NCBI GenBank assembly: GCA_965153455.1
Contig: OZ234493.1
Coordinates: 31,300,213-31,364,212 of the forward strand
Source of the DNA: Sphagnum compactum
Taxonomy: Eukaryota
DNA: 64,000 bases
Reading direction: 5' to 3'
Each line of letters opens with the position of its first letter. Positions within the stretch are counted from its first letter, which is position 1. The notes beneath the pieces are model-generated. The model had not been told where the DNA came from. It was given only the letters and a program-made list of their open reading frames with translations, and ran no database searches. Below, piece after piece: positions 25,034 through 39,499 of the stretch. Made by a program: the position numbers and the translations under genes.

Positions 25034-27551
25034 CTAGACTGAGGTTTTTGGACAATGGCTTGCCTTCTCTTGTGCTGTAGAACCTGCTCACACAACAAAA
25101 ATTTCAGATTCTTGTCAATAGAAGATTAGATCATGTGCACAATGGACTTACGAGTCGAGCTCTATTAGATATACAACCAAATCCCTAATTGCTCAATTGA
25201 TCTCATGAGAGGGCTTGAGGTTCATCTGGACCTGAGTGTGTGGAACTTGAATGGAATTTTTTTTCTAAGAATCTTTCGTCTGAGGGACCCTAATCTTTGA
25301 GCAATAAAAAGTATATTGAACAGACTGCACTGGAAGAACATTGATTGATCTCATGTGTAATGTGATGAACTGATGAGACAACTCACAAAGAGAAGCATAG
25401 CAGGGCTGCTTGAGTGATGGATCGTCTTCTAGAGATGGTGGCAATTGGCCATACACCATCTCACAACTCATATCCTCAAAATCTGTAAGCAGGTGCAGGA
25501 GGGAGTGCTCATCAAATTTGGTGGAAAATTTAGGACTGACAGAAGCTAAAATTCTCTGGAACAACAATATATCACCAGGCTTAAACCCTAAACCAACCAA
25601 ACACTGGCTGAGAGACCAGCTGAACAAATGTTTCATCACAACTATTACATAAATTCTTGAGCTGCTTCTGGAGCTCAGATTGAAAACAGCTGATCATATT
25701 GCAGTTGAACATGGGTAGTTGGTGATGGCACAGATTCACAATCTTGGGTCCACAAGCAGACATAGAGCTACAATGATGATCAATGGGCTTGTATCCCATG
25801 TAGAACTTCATCAGGAGGCAGGAGCTGCAGCAGCAGCTGATCAGTACTCATGGGTGCATGAAGAAGGTCTGGTCTAGAACTTACTTGGGGTCATGGTGAT
25901 CGGCATACCGAACTCATTGGTGATGAAATCCTGGGTGGGAAGCTTGCACAAGTTCACACACATGCCTACGCAACTGCTGCTCTCCAAGAACCTGCATGCG
26001 ATCATCGAGCAGCAACCCTAAACCCTAAACCTTCTGGTTGAATCCTAAACCCTAAATCCTCCTTACAATGTTTTCAAGAAGTTTTTCAGATCATCATCGT
26101 CTGCATAATATATTACTGCGTGTTTCGTGAGATCTTGACATAATTCCACAAGGGAGCTCTTGTCCAGATGATTCCCATGTGGAAAAATTGTCTAACTATA
26201 CCTCCAAAGAATAGACTACAGACGTAAGTAACAGGGAGTTGTGCAACACTGGGGCTGGGTTTGCAACATTCCCTTGAAGGAACCCCTCACCTGCACTTTT
26301 TGATGAGCACTCCACTCCTCTGCAAGCTCCCGTTCACCTCCACCTCCTTCACCTGCACAAACGTAAGCTGGAGAGAAATTCATGGCTGCTAGCTACAGGT
26401 GTGATTCTCTATCTAGATCTAAATGGAGTTGCAGGTTCAAGAGCAGCTAATGAGTTTGGAAAGGAAAATTATTGTTCTTATTAGAGTAATGTACATGAGG
26501 ATCATCTACAAGAGATCATCAACCAGCAGCTGCACGAACCTCGCACGGACCCACCAGCCACTGACATGAGAAGACGGATGCAGCTGCAAAAATCTCTGCA
26601 GTCCTCTTCGTTTTTGGAATAAATTTTCGGGCCTGAAAATCATCACGTATACATGCAGCATGTGTAATTTATGAGATTCTGACAGTACTGGTAGTGACAG
26701 TAGAAATTATGTAGCTGATCGGGGGCATGCAGGCAGCAGGATGCATGATGCAAAGAGACTAGAAGAGATGATGATGATGATGATGATTCAGAGTATGTCG
26801 TGGGTTTTGCAAAGAAGACGTTTTTATACAGCTTTGAGTAAGCAAGATGGCACTGCTGAATGAAGCACTTGGGTTGTGGTTGCTCTCTGTAGCAAGGGAC
26901 TTCTGCTTTGCATCACTTTCCTGGCTATATCAACGAACCCTTCGTATCCCTTCATTTCTGTCGACATGCCTGATCATCATGGAGCTCCAGCAGCAGATCA
27001 AAACAAGGCAATTAGAACTTCTACAAGTTCATGAATTTAACATAAATTTCTCAGCAGCTGGTTTCTAGAAGAACTTGGGATCAGACTTGGATCGTCAGAC
27101 TTCTTCTGGGTCAGTGAAGATCTGTCTTGGAGTGAAAAGCGCGACATGACTACTCACCGGTAAATCGTTGCATGCGGCCAACGAAAAGGGCGATGACGAG
27201 ATTGTCCAACCATGAGTCCTTGTATTGCGACTTGTGGCCCATGGCTGCCACTTTCCCTGACGGTTCAGCTAACTTGCAACGCGGGCCCGGGGGTTTGATC
27301 AGAAACTGCTGCTGCTGCTGCTGCTGCACCAGCGGCTGCAGCTGGTTGCGTCTCGACAGTTTCCGCTGCAGCCTGTGATTAGAACGTCCTGCAGCAGCAG
27401 CAACTACAGATGTTCTGTTGCTGGTACTACTGCCCACATAATTCTTATGATCTAGTACTACGTCTCTACCTGCAGGCTGATGCAGCGATGCTGCGTTAAC
27501 AGTTTGCACCACTCCCAATTGCTGCACTAGCTGCATCTTCCTAACTTTCAT
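25034..27551 (-). CDS. DWARF27-like beta-carotene isomerase family protein (D27-like1 type, DUF4033), plastid-targeted; exons ~27551-27158, 26969-26830, 26632-26540, 26352-26291, 25991-25885, 25482-25387, 25083-25034
   Basis: Spliced translation: [25 protein letters not shown]...[14 protein letters not shown]...[16 protein letters not shown]...[69 protein letters not shown]...[13 protein letters not shown]. All six introns are GT-AG with consistent phases. Confidence 0.93.
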
Positions 27552-28020
27552 GCACCAATTCTCACCCCAGCTGCAGCTCCGACCTGATCAGTCCCCCCCA
27601 CCCCCACCCGCGGAGTTGATACAATTTTTTCTTTAAAAAAGTTCAACGCCCAACAGCTTCGATTCAAGCTCCGTCTTGATCAACTATCAGCTTACTAGCA
27701 CCGGCCCAAAATCAAATACTTTCTTACACCCATGAATTGCTCCTGGCAGAGCAGCTAGCGACAGAATTTTACCGTCTCTGAACAGGGAATCCCTAGACCC
27801 ACAAATCGGCTGGAAGTTGAACAAAAGACACAACAAAAAAACAAACACAAAAAACAAAAAGGTAAGAGCTTTTTGTTGTCAATCTGGCAGAAAAAAGAAA
27901 AAAAGTAGGAAGCAGCAGGCAGGGCACAATCTGATCCGAATAGAATTTTTGCGTGATGAAACAAATTGAAAGACAGCAAATCTCCGGCTGGAGCTTGTCT
28001 TCTTGTACAGAACTATAAAT

Positions 28021-28022
<2 letters not shown>

Positions 28023-28054
<32 letters not shown>
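28023..28054. repeat. (GT)n microsatellite upstream of D27-like
   Basis: Run of about 16 tg units, directly visible. Confidence 0.95.
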
Positions 28055-28058
<4 letters not shown>

Positions 28059-29685
28059 TGTGTGTGAGCAGAGCAGAAGAAACAACAAAAGAACTATACG
28101 TATAGTAAGAATAATATCTTATTATACGTTGAAGATACGTGTAATAAGAATACAGGGTCCGTGAAGCACACTCAAGAAGGCTTCCCTGATGCTCCGGTAC
28201 GCATTAACCCAGTCAAAGGACATGACTCGCATCATCACTCGTGTAGCTAGCCACAGCCGCAGCGACAAGCAAGGCCTGCCTGCGCACGCCAGCCAGCAGT
28301 TGCGCCATGCGCCATGAACTGAGTGAATAGTTGAAGGATCCCTCCCTCCCTCCCTCCCTCCCTCCCAACAACGAAAGGGACCAGCGCACAATTAACCAGC
28401 ATGGTGGTCAGAGGTGGTGTTTTTCATTGAGTTCTTTGTCCCCCAACTAACCACTCTTGGTTAGCATAGTTAATTTTACTTACCTGTACTTTTTTATTGA
28501 AAAAAAATTTCAGATTGTTTTTCTCTTCTTTGTACTAACCTGCCTGCTTACTAGGTACCTAGAGACTACCAACCTACTACTTACCTGAAACAACCTACTT
28601 GGATGTCCTTACCTTCCTTCCTTCCTTCTACCCCATATGGCCCCACCTAGCTACTTAGGCCCCATTTACACTAGGAGTCAGGGCTGAAAAAAAACTCGGG
28701 GCCAACTTTGAGCATTTTTGGCTTGTTGTTTGTTTGGCCCCATCCATGTTACTAATAAAATGCTAGAACATTAGGTGCACAAATGCATATTGCAATACTT
28801 GCATTTGAGGTATATTCCAAAAAGTCTCAGTCATTGTATAAGTAAGTTACGAGTTTGTTGGTTTTACACAAAGAATTCAAGCTCTTGAATTTGCTCCCCG
28901 CCCCCCCTCTTCTCAATTCCCAACCCATAAACTTCCTGAATCCTTAGGAGTGAGTTGAATTTGTGCAAAAGATTTAGGTTTTCAACCATTATTTCTTTGT
29001 TAGTATTGTCGTGCATGGTGGTTCAATATCACCCAAAAATCAATCTCATGATTTAACTCCTTAAGAGCTGTTGCAAATCAACATTTTAAAAACTTTGTGG
29101 CAAGATTTAAGAGATCATGCACAAATTCTAACATCAAGACAGTTGTAGGTTTTGTTGTCGACATGACAACTAACAAAGTACAACAAAATCTTAGCCTCAA
29201 GTAAAAAGAAATTCCAAAAAAATTAAATTAAAAAAACTTAGCCTCAAGTTTCAAACTTCCAAAAAAGAAGTTACAACACAACACTGTGAGGAGTTTCTTA
29301 AAAAGCTAAAATTAAAAAAACACAACCATCAACATGGCCATCATTAGAAAGAAAAATGGAAGGGGAAGGAAAACACAATAAGTTGCAAAAGTGGATGTTT
29401 TCACGTCTCATTTCCTGCAAAAATAGGAGTTGCAAATCTTAACCCATTCACTGCAACAGCCATGTAATCCAATAGCATATGGTGGCACAGATCTTGATAA
29501 ATGAAAGATAAATTCGTCTTGCCATTTGCAATACGGACTACAGCAACACAAACCTTTTGCAATAAAAATTGAGGATCGATGGAATTTTCTGGTCAAATCC
29601 CACAATTATTGCAATCAGTTCCAGGAACTCAATAGGCTCTTCAAATGTTACATTGTATGTGTCCCACACACAAGTAGTTAGTAAA

Positions 29686-30036
29686 TTAAAAATGACTGTC
29701 AAAACTTAGAAGGCACATAAGTCCATATGCGAGGAGCATGGCAATCCATCCACCTGCCAAAACATGAATAGCTGCCCTCAACAGAGCAGCACAACCAAGT
29801 TTCACACCTAAGGCTCCAAACCCTGCCAATGCCAATGTGGAGGTCACCACTATGGACATCAATCTGTACTTAGTGTTGGAGATGAAAGAACCTGCCAACA
29901 ATGGTACAGCACCTCCCATGGCAAAGGCCACAGCTAATGCTGCTCACAGCGAGTTGGAAAGCTCATCCGTGTCAATCCCAAGCTCATCTTGCACATACAC
30001 TTACAATGCACCACCCCTTGTCAGTTCTTCAGCCAC
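29686..30036 (-). pseudogene. VIT1/CCC1-family (vacuolar iron transporter homolog) last-exon pseudogene fragment
   Basis: After a ctgcag acceptor the frame reads VAEELTRGGAL*VYVQDELGIDTDELSNSL*AALAVAFAMGGAVPLLAG...LALAGFGALGVKLG...VLAGGWIAMLLAYG. This is the VIT C-terminal transmembrane region with two in-frame stops and no upstream exons visible. Confidence 0.8.
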
Positions 30037-30281
30037 CTGCAGGCAGTCTGGTCCAATGATTCTCTCAATAATCAAATCACTTTTGAAGCTGTTCTTCCAG
30101 TATGTGCCAACCATCCACATGCTCCCTTTCAAGCATCATAAAGTAGAGTATGCTACTTTAAGATCCTCAGCCACTTTGAAACAATGATGGCAATCCAAGG
30201 ATTCACATAACAATAGCAGCACAATGGATCAAATAAAGGTGAAACCTTTTTTGTTGCTCCACATAATGGGGATGTATACTA

Positions 30282-33200
30282 TCATCCAATGAGCTCACTG
30301 ATGGGTGGCCGGTCCATGACATGGGCAGCTGCTTTCGCTGTTTTTGCCAATCCTGGATCTACATGTGGTAAATGTGGGATCTGCAAACATTTCATACACT
30401 TTCAGATGCAGTCACTCTGGACCCTCTCAAAACCAGCTTCCTAATCTGCCTTTCCCCCTTAGCAAGAACTTCAGGCTGACTGACATTGGCCATGCTGATG
30501 AGCAGACTATTTTGCACTTATTCATCAGAGCTGTGTGAGAATGTCAATCACAATTGACCATAACTGTTGTGTCAGTTTCAGCAAAACCAACCTAACAAAA
30601 TAGAAATGAGTCATAACATCATGACTGTCACTCACAAAGTATAAGACCACCACCTTCATCATGAATAGCAGTTACTAGCTGCCATGACTTCCCACTGATT
30701 TTATTGGCTCCCAATTATGGGTGAGGACAAGAATAGAATAGTCTCCCCAAAATTTGGACAAACAATTAGACAAAAATCTGCACCTTGAGTTTCTGTTGCA
30801 TTTCTGGAAGCAACAGGAAGCGTTAGTCATGATGTTCACTAGCACTCAAGAGGCGTATCTGATGAAAAAAACTCAATATTATCCTCATTCAACCTGCAAC
30901 AAGCGTGTAAGAGTAAATATGCATCATTTCATATTTAGAGCTACCTGTGCAAGGAGATCAATGGAACGACGAATAAGACGTGCCACATCCCCATCATCCA
31001 TGCCACACTGTGACATGAGCTCCTTCCATGTCACACCAGCTGCCCATGCCTCCACCAAGCCTGCAAACTGTGTATCAACCTCGATAGGTATCTGAAATAT
31101 CCAAACCCCAAATGTTAGCCACATAATGAAACTAAAGCATACTGCAGGTTCAAGCAAGTCAAAAGTTTATATTTGTTAAACAGGTCTACAGAAACTTCCT
31201 TCATAGTATTAGCATTTCTTTGTTAATCAAGTCAGTCAAGAAATAGAGGGATATATTAAGCCTCAATGTCATGGTGGACTATAATCCAAACTGCTGGACA
31301 CAAAACACTGAGCACAAAGTACATAAATAGGCAAATTACTGTAATCCAAATATGTACACAGCGAGCAATGTTTTATGTCCATCTAGGAAAAAGCCAACTT
31401 TGTGGAACATGTATGTGCCAATAAATACTGGGCAACATTTACTGTATAAAAGTGAATATTCTGTTTCCAACAGATACACAGAAGTTGACAACTAGACACA
31501 AAACCATACTTTGATTAACAATCTCACATAACAATTAGAACAGTTGGAAGTAGATGTTCAAATCCTAAGAGAATTCATGACAAATGGAATGTCTACCTGA
31601 ACTCCATGGCGGGTTTGAAGTTTTTGAATCACTGTACTCATCTCTTCTGTTGCTGCCACACAATTATGTACATCCCTTGAAGCATTGTAGATGGAACTGA
31701 GGCATATGTTCAACAACCCTTTGTCAGTATTCTGGTCTAAGCACATAACTTAAGGAGAACGTAGGAAGGGAAGTAAAATGTAGAGACTATCCCACAAGTT
31801 TCAGAACTGTAGGATTGCTTTGGAAACAAGTCTAGCATCCTGTTAAATGGTGGAGGGAATTTAAAGCATCAAACTAAGGGGTGGTTGAGTTAACAAATAG
31901 CGGTCTTGAGCTGGAAAAAATCATGCACGTGTTAATGTACATTTTTTCATCTTCAATCTCAAGATTAAAAGCACCACACAAGATTCATAACTGCAAAGAC
32001 TCTTACCTTGGGCCCTCTTTGGAACGTGCTTTGATGCCCTCTGAGACAAAACTGGCACAGACAGCAGCTAGCTGGGGTGCATCCAGAGAGAGGAGAGTCT
32101 CACTAGTGAAGATAATGGCCAACCAAAGCTCATTTACCCCCCTTACGGCTGCAGCCACCTCCCCCAATGGCAGAAGGCTGTGGGAATCAGTTTCAATTGC
32201 CCCCACTTCCTGCAAAACCTTCACTACCTGTTCCAACTCCTTTGTCATTTACAATGGTCATTGTCCAATCTAAATCTCCACATGCACAATCCAATAACAC
32301 CACTAGCAAAAAATGAGATGCTCCATGTTCTCTCCTTTTTCTGCTGAGCAATCACAAGCAATGTGACAAGGACAAAACATTTCCACCCAGAACAGAAGAA
32401 ATTATCATGAAGATGCACCAGAGATGTTGGAAAGTGGGATTTAACTACCTGTAGGAACTCCTTCCATCCAGTTGGCTGCATTTGACTAATCCGAGCAGAA
32501 ATACGGGCAGTCTTTGCCTGCAATCGAGAAATCTTCTCAATTTGCATCTTTTGCAGCCCCATAAGAAGCTTGGTTTCACGATGGCCTTGAGTAGCTCTCA
32601 GCTGTTTTCGTAATTTCGAAACCAGCTTGCGTTGGTCTGATAGCCTCCGCTCTGCCTTCACTAAGTCCAGGGAAACCTGCATATAAAAAAGGTCCGAAGT
32701 ATGGACAAATTAACCCCAAGAACATGAGATTTCCATCATAGAAACTCAGTCCCTCCAACATACACTAACAGGAGAGTGGAATTGCTCTTGTTAAGATAAT
32801 GCTTAACTGTTCTGCAACATATGAAGCTCAGAAAGCAAGGATATGTAGGCATTTATACCTCATGTGCCACTGATAGTTCGCTGAGTAAAGGGACTTGGCA
32901 TCCCCATGCCCACGTATCCATTGAGCTTTCTGAAGAGCAAACACTACTGAGGAGCCCTGATCCTGTACGCCCTAAACTTTTCCATGACCGAGTTGATATC
33001 CGAAGTTTCTCATTTAGAATTGCTCTCACAGGCTTTTCATCTGGAGAAGTTGGAACCCCAAAGTTTAGGTCATTTCGATGAACACTCTTTACAGATTTAG
33101 CTGTGAACATGTACCAGCAGTTATCTGATCCCAAAGCTGTATAGTGCGAGGTGCTCATAAATCCCTCTAACTCTGGATAATCATCATCCCTGTCACCCTC

Positions 33201-36200
33201 TGGCTCCTGACTCTGTGCTGCCTTGGTCTCTGACTGCTGGGGAAATTCCAAACTGCAAAATGTGAGTGTGCAACACAGACTTGTATCACCAGCTCTATCA
33301 TCTAGGTCTCAGACCATCCTCTCAAATACACTAATCAAGATGAACTAATACTGTAGGTGGTCATAGACTTCTATAGTGAAGACTCCTCCAGTGACATGCT
33401 TGGTGTGTAAAGATTCAGTGGCACCTTCTATACTTATTTGATGGTAAGTGGCATCCTAGACAGCCTTCAAAGCCTGTAACTTACTTACCACAAGGGAATC
33501 AATGTAGGAAGGCCGCGGAACCTTGCCAACAAAGAGTGCAGGTACAAGACTTTCTTTCCCAGTCTGCTGCTCAAAGTAATTCAGGCAAATAAATGGTGGA
33601 TGACAATCACTGCAGTTTTCCAGTAATGGGTGAACCATATCAGCACGTAAGACCTCTACTTCACGACGTAGTTCCCGCATCATCCGCTTTGCTTCCTGTC
33701 ACATGGGAGAATCAAATTTTCACCACCAAACACATAATACCACAACAATTGTATGAAGACGCTTCTATGTATGTGATTTCCTTCAGGAAAGCAGCAATCT
33801 TCACATTCCTGAAGCAAACTGACCTGTACCCCTTCCTTCAGCATAGTGTACTCCTGTAATTCATCTTTAGTAAGGCGGCTCTCAAGACTGTTGGCACTAT
33901 CTTTGGTGGTTTCTTTCTCCAACCGTGTTATTTCCTGCTGAAGTTGGGCTACTTTCTGCCTCGCAGCCACCATCACTTCACTGCCTACGTAATTACCAAA
34001 ACTTTGCTCGATCAATGCTCGAGCCTCTTCAAGAGTTCGTCCCCTTCGTATTATGCTCCCATCTGGCTTTATAATCCTCTCTCCCTGGGCCAAAAAACAG
34101 ACAAATGTTTCCAAATATGATTGCTATGTCCAAAGTTGTGATGGTCCACCTTTGGTACTGAGGTGTGAAGCTGTTTTCAGTGACTGGGTGAAATCACAGA
34201 ACTTGAACTTGTGCATGACCACTCCAGACCTTAAACTGGCTCACACATTTAAACCTGAGCAACCAATTAACTCACCGCCAACAAATTGAGGGCCATGCCA
34301 TAAGTGGCTGTGAATTGTGAGACAAGAGGATCTGACCCCGCAAAGAGAAGCCTGCAACAATCTTCAGCTCCCTCAAATGGTGTTTGCACTACCACAACAT
34401 GACCTTGTTTGTCAATCCCTCGTCGACCTGCCCGACCGGCCATTTGTAGCATGGAATTTGAGCTCAATAGTGCATGCCCATTATCACCTCGTTTGCTGAG
34501 GGAAGCCAGCACTGTTGTCCTGTATAGCAACATTAGGATTTGTTATTTAGCTGGGCAACAACTTCCACATCTAATAAACTTCTGTCTGCATAAAGACTAT
34601 TCCTGTCAATATACAGATATATGCCAGCTCTATGGGAATTGTCTATCTGGATAACTTGCCATTCTATAAACAATTCATCTCCAACAAAGATCCATCAGGT
34701 GGACCCTGATGGGTTGGTCCCACATGGAATTGTATCCCTGGAGGATGCACAATTCTACGGTATGATTTAAGTATTTAGTGATTCCAATTACAGCAAAACC
34801 CTAGCATAAAATATCCTCAAAGATTGAGAAAAGTTGTGATAACCTACCTGGCAGGCATGTTTATTCCAGCAGCAAGAGTCTCAGTGGCAAACACCACTTT
34901 GACTAAACCCCTCTGGAAAAGCTCTTCAATGAAGGATTTCCATGTGGGTAAGCAACCTGCATGGTGTGCTGCAATTCCACGAAGGAGTGGCCTCACACCT
35001 AACTCCCTCAAGGCTTCTGGATGCTTTGCCCCAAATGCTACCAATGCTTTCCTTATTTCACGTTCCTCATCAGCAGATAATAGTTGCACATCCTGTTGAG
35101 GTGGTAACATTACACGGATAATACAAGGGATTGTCATTCAGCCTGCCTCATCCTTGTCTTCTACTATTGTGGATCAGTCTGAGTTTTCATATCTCAAGGA
35201 GTCATTGACAACAGACCCTAGGGAATACAAAAGCTTCTCTCACCCTGGCTCTCTCAATTACAGCCTACCCACTTGTTCTGGAGGCTTCAAGGATTTGGAC
35301 CCTTGAGAGACCTTTAAAACTGAAGTCATTTCCTTGCAACAGTGATGAATAAACAGCATTCATATTGCACAAGGCCAAGAATGAGCCAAAAAGTTAACAT
35401 CACAGTGACCAATTCAATTTCAAGGTGTCACTAGAAACACACCTAGGACCAGGCAGTAAATTGCCAATCAAGTTACCTGATGAAGGTAATGAACTGCTGT
35501 ATCACAACCCTTGCGGCTGAAAATGAACCAAATGGCTGGCAACATCTCACGTTCTTTTAACTGAAACAGTGTGGTCCTGATTTGTGGAACCTGTAGAGGA
35601 AAGAAATTTAAACAATTCACTTACAGACACATCAATTGACCACAGACCTAACCTTATCTGTCCTGATCTGACCACAGTATGCATAAAAGCTGGCCTCAGG
35701 AGAAAGCCCTCTTTCAAATTTGCTGGTCCCACCACAGAAACTTGTATATGAAAAGATGTTGGGATTCCTCTGTCTAGACATTGAACTGTCTCTGATAACT
35801 TTGACGAGATTAAGCTCTCATGCATACTGCTTGATCCAAGCAATCAATCCACTTAACTTTTGGTCAGGGAACAATGGTTTAAGTGACTTGACTAAGTCAA
35901 GTGATTGAAAGGACATGCCACCAACCTGTCTGCGCCGAAGAATTTGGATCTCATCATAAGATAATTCTTGTTCCAGTTCCCCCCACAGAAACCCTTTTTG
36001 ATGACGTCGACCATGGCCATTGACAGGTGAACTATCTTGTCTCTGTGCACTTAAGTGTAAGTCCCTGTTTTGACAAGGAAGCAAAGCTCTTAACATCATC
36101 AAAACCTTTTGGAAATTCCAGGACAGGTCAGAACATTTCAGATGCTCAAACACTCAAAGATTCCAGTTAATCACATTCCATTCAGACTGATATGTGCAGA

Positions 36201-39200
36201 TTTGGACCTGGAATTTGTTAAATCTCAAGTTGCTTGTCTCTACACAAGTGACTGCAAACAAGCTGCATATCATGATTCAGCTGTGAGCATATTATTTGAC
36301 ACTGAGTAGAATGGGGCAACAGATGAGATGGATTGGAGCATCATACATGTTCATACCGGTTCCTTCATCACTAAGAAGCGGAAGCAAACAAGATCGAGTT
36401 GAAAAATGCCAGACTAGAGGCACTGGACGTTTTGAAGATGTCACAAGCTCTGTTGGACCATGCACCTGTTCAGACAGTTGAGAAAGTGACATAACCTTTA
36501 ATGCACATGTAGACATTTGCTCCCATGTTCTGTCTACATAAGGAACTAATATTTTGAGATACAATTAGTCTCTAATGACCATATAATACCCAGTTGCACT
36601 CTCCACATAAAGGAAAACACACCTGGAATTATTTGCCAATGCCTTTAACATTATATTGCAGGAAAACACACCTGAGAAATCCATCCAGCCAATTCTTCTG
36701 GGTTGGCAACTGTGGCTGAAAGACATATTAGCTGAACTTCTTTTGGACAGTATATCACCTGCATCACAGGCCATCATTACAATGTTGAAGAGTTTGGGAA
36801 GTTAATACTATAGACCGGTCTACGGTTAAGAACTGCACCCCAATAGTCGCCATTTCTTACACATACATTTGTCATCACCTTTTTTTGTTCAGAACTTCTA
36901 ATGGTTAGGTCAATTTTATCCTGATCTCAATATCCATCCAAGATCAAACACTTCCCAATGAATAAGGGATTTGACAGGTAAAATTCATAATGACCACAAC
37001 CGTTGCTCTTAAGGCTGCAAAGACCTTCCCTCCTTCTCAAGTAATTTCTTTATGTTTCTGGTGGTTCTCCATACATCTCAGAATATCTCCAAAGTTGTAG
37101 GAAGGCTTCTACAAACTAACAGTCATGACTAATTTCTTCAAGTTCCCAAGCATGTCTAAGCCATGAGGAAATTACATAAGATAATTTGGCAGCTTCTGCT
37201 GATGCCAAGCTTGTGTTAAAATGTAATCTCTGGAAGAATCAAACAAGAAGCACAGATGATGGGAGATGAATCAGTAGGTCATAATACAGTTTCTTCCCAA
37301 ACAGTGCCGCGGGAGATGTCACTGAGGTAGTGGACTTCATCCAAAACCACCACATCAACATCCATTAGCCTGCCTCCCTCCTCAATACTCCCAACACTGC
37401 CACACACCCAGCCTCCACTTCCATCTTGATGTAAACAATCTGGATCTCAAAGAAGCAAGTAAGTGCAACACAACATGAAGAGCTCAATCAGAACCCCCAT
37501 CCCATGTATTATTTCCTGCAGTAAGACTGGAACTGCCAAGAGGGAACTGATTATTTGTAGTCTCTAGGCACTGGTAGTGCGATTCATTGTGCAGCACCGA
37601 TCTCTAAACTATACACAAAATGATGAAAATCAAACTGTCAATCAAAGTCAGATCCTATGCATGGAAGCAGGCTCACTTTAATGTGAGGGACAGAGAGCTA
37701 CACCTTTGATAAAGCATGTTGCGAAGAATTTCAGTTGTCATAATCAAGATAGGTGCCTCCCTATTGACTGCCGCATCACCTGTAAGAAGGCCTACATTTT
37801 CCTCTCCAAACAACACCCTGCAGACCACAAATGTCCAATCCCTATTATGACAAAAAAAATAATAGGAACGAAAAAGCTAATGACCTTATCACTGGACAGA
37901 TTCTGAAGCTTTAAACACACACTCCACAAAGCCAGGTGACTTCAAACTCATGCAGGGCATGGCACTCCACAGAGCTCTCTGGTGAAAACTTCTGTTTTGA
38001 TGAAGCTACAATACTTCAACCCCTTTATCCAAACCCAAAAACTTGGTTTCCCAATTTACCCACATCAAGAGTCAATAAGTACTTTTCCATGAATGAATTC
38101 TACATAATCTCAATAGGAACTCTTACACCCACCGGAAGTCTCGAAGTTTTTGGTTTGACAAGGCTTTGAGGGGAGTTGTGTAGAACAGCCGCTTGCCCCT
38201 GGCTAGGGTTGCAGCAGCTGCAGCCTCTGCAACTAGAGTTTTCCCACTACTTGTAGGTGCACAAACCACCAGTGATGACCCCTTCAGAAACCCATTAATC
38301 GCTATTTGCTGCCATCACCAGAAAAAAGCGTCATACAAATCAAGGATGAGATCCTGCAATCATCTTCACAGGTGTAGGTTTTACAGCCAGGCTTCTGTTG
38401 GAAGAGGCTCAATTTTCAGCTGGTTGACTTGCAAATCAACAATTGTCTGGATTAGGACTTGCTGCAATGGCATTAAGGTTTAGGTCAGCAATGTAGTGAG
38501 GTTTAGGGTTTAGGGAATGAGGAGGGCAGTTTTGCATCAGGTAGAGAGGAATCATGGTAGTTAGGGGCTGGCATTACAGGGCTTCGCTCAGGGAGAGGGA
38601 TAAGAAAAGGAAAAAAATTTCACCTGAAACTTATCAAGTGGGTAGTCATATAATTCAGCAATATCTTCTGCTGTAATAGTGTGTCCATCGCTCGCCTGAA
38701 CTCGTTTGCAAAGTTGCTTTAGTCGCTCCCTCTTCTCCTCGCTAACTGAATTTCGTTCTGCAAGCAATTTGTTTCTAATTTCATCTTGCTCAACCAGTAA
38801 CTTGTCTCTGCTAATTGATGTTGCAACTTCAGCAAAATCCACATCACTAGCAGCAGATTCATAGCCAGCAGCATCATCGGCTCCATAATCCTCACTGAAA
38901 CTATCGTCGTCATCGTCCTCCTCCTCGCTATCTGAATAATCATCTAACTCTGTATCGCTAAAGGAAGAAATTACAGAAGAAATTCCTCCAAAATTCTGGA
39001 GTACCTGGGCTCCTCCATCACCCTCCACTCCAGGAAACGAATAAGAGAGGACTTCGTCTTCTTCTTCTATTTCCCGGCTCCCTTTTTTCTTGCTGGTATC
39101 AAAAGACTCTGCATTCAAATTCCCCGCGGCTCGCACTAGTAGTTTGAGAGAGAGAGCGGAATCCCTACAACAACAACAACTACAGCTGCAATAACTTCTT

Positions 39201-39499
39201 GTCCCGAATCCTAAACCTCGCTGTCCCCCAAACCCTAAACCTCGTTGTCCAGTTCCACAACGAACAGGCAAGAGCAAGCACCCGGTTGCACAACCAATCC
39301 GCGGCGCTCTTCTCAGCTTCTTATTATTAGTGCCCAACGAAGCAACGCAAGCTCGCGTGGTTCTCCAGAGCGACAGAGTTGGTCGCCCCTCCGGTTTCTT
39401 AGCCAATCCAGCAAATGGGAAAGCGAAACCAAAAGCAACAGCAACGCCACTAGCGGTGGAGGTCGACGAATCGCACAAGAATGGTACACCTAAACCCAT
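30282..39499 (-). CDS. ISE2: Plastid DEVH-box Ski2-like RNA helicase (DExH15), multi-exon (about 18 exons)
   Basis: Approximate exons: 39499-38624 (transit peptide, acidic tract, [10 protein letters not shown]), 38308-38133 ([19 protein letters not shown]), 37817-37704 ([16 protein letters not shown]), 37396-37288 (LDEVHY), 36758-36672 (LSATVANP), 36465-36347, 36064-35926, 35590-35477 (FIFSRKGC), 35092-34848 ([18 protein letters not shown]), 34519-34276 ([10 protein letters not shown]), 34084-33824, 33695-~33489, ~33250-32859, 32677-32449, ~32210-32008, ~31697-31597, ~31091-30944 ([18 protein letters not shown]) and 30380-30282 ([11 protein letters not shown]). The acceptor near 33250 is uncertain. 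Confidence 0.95.
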
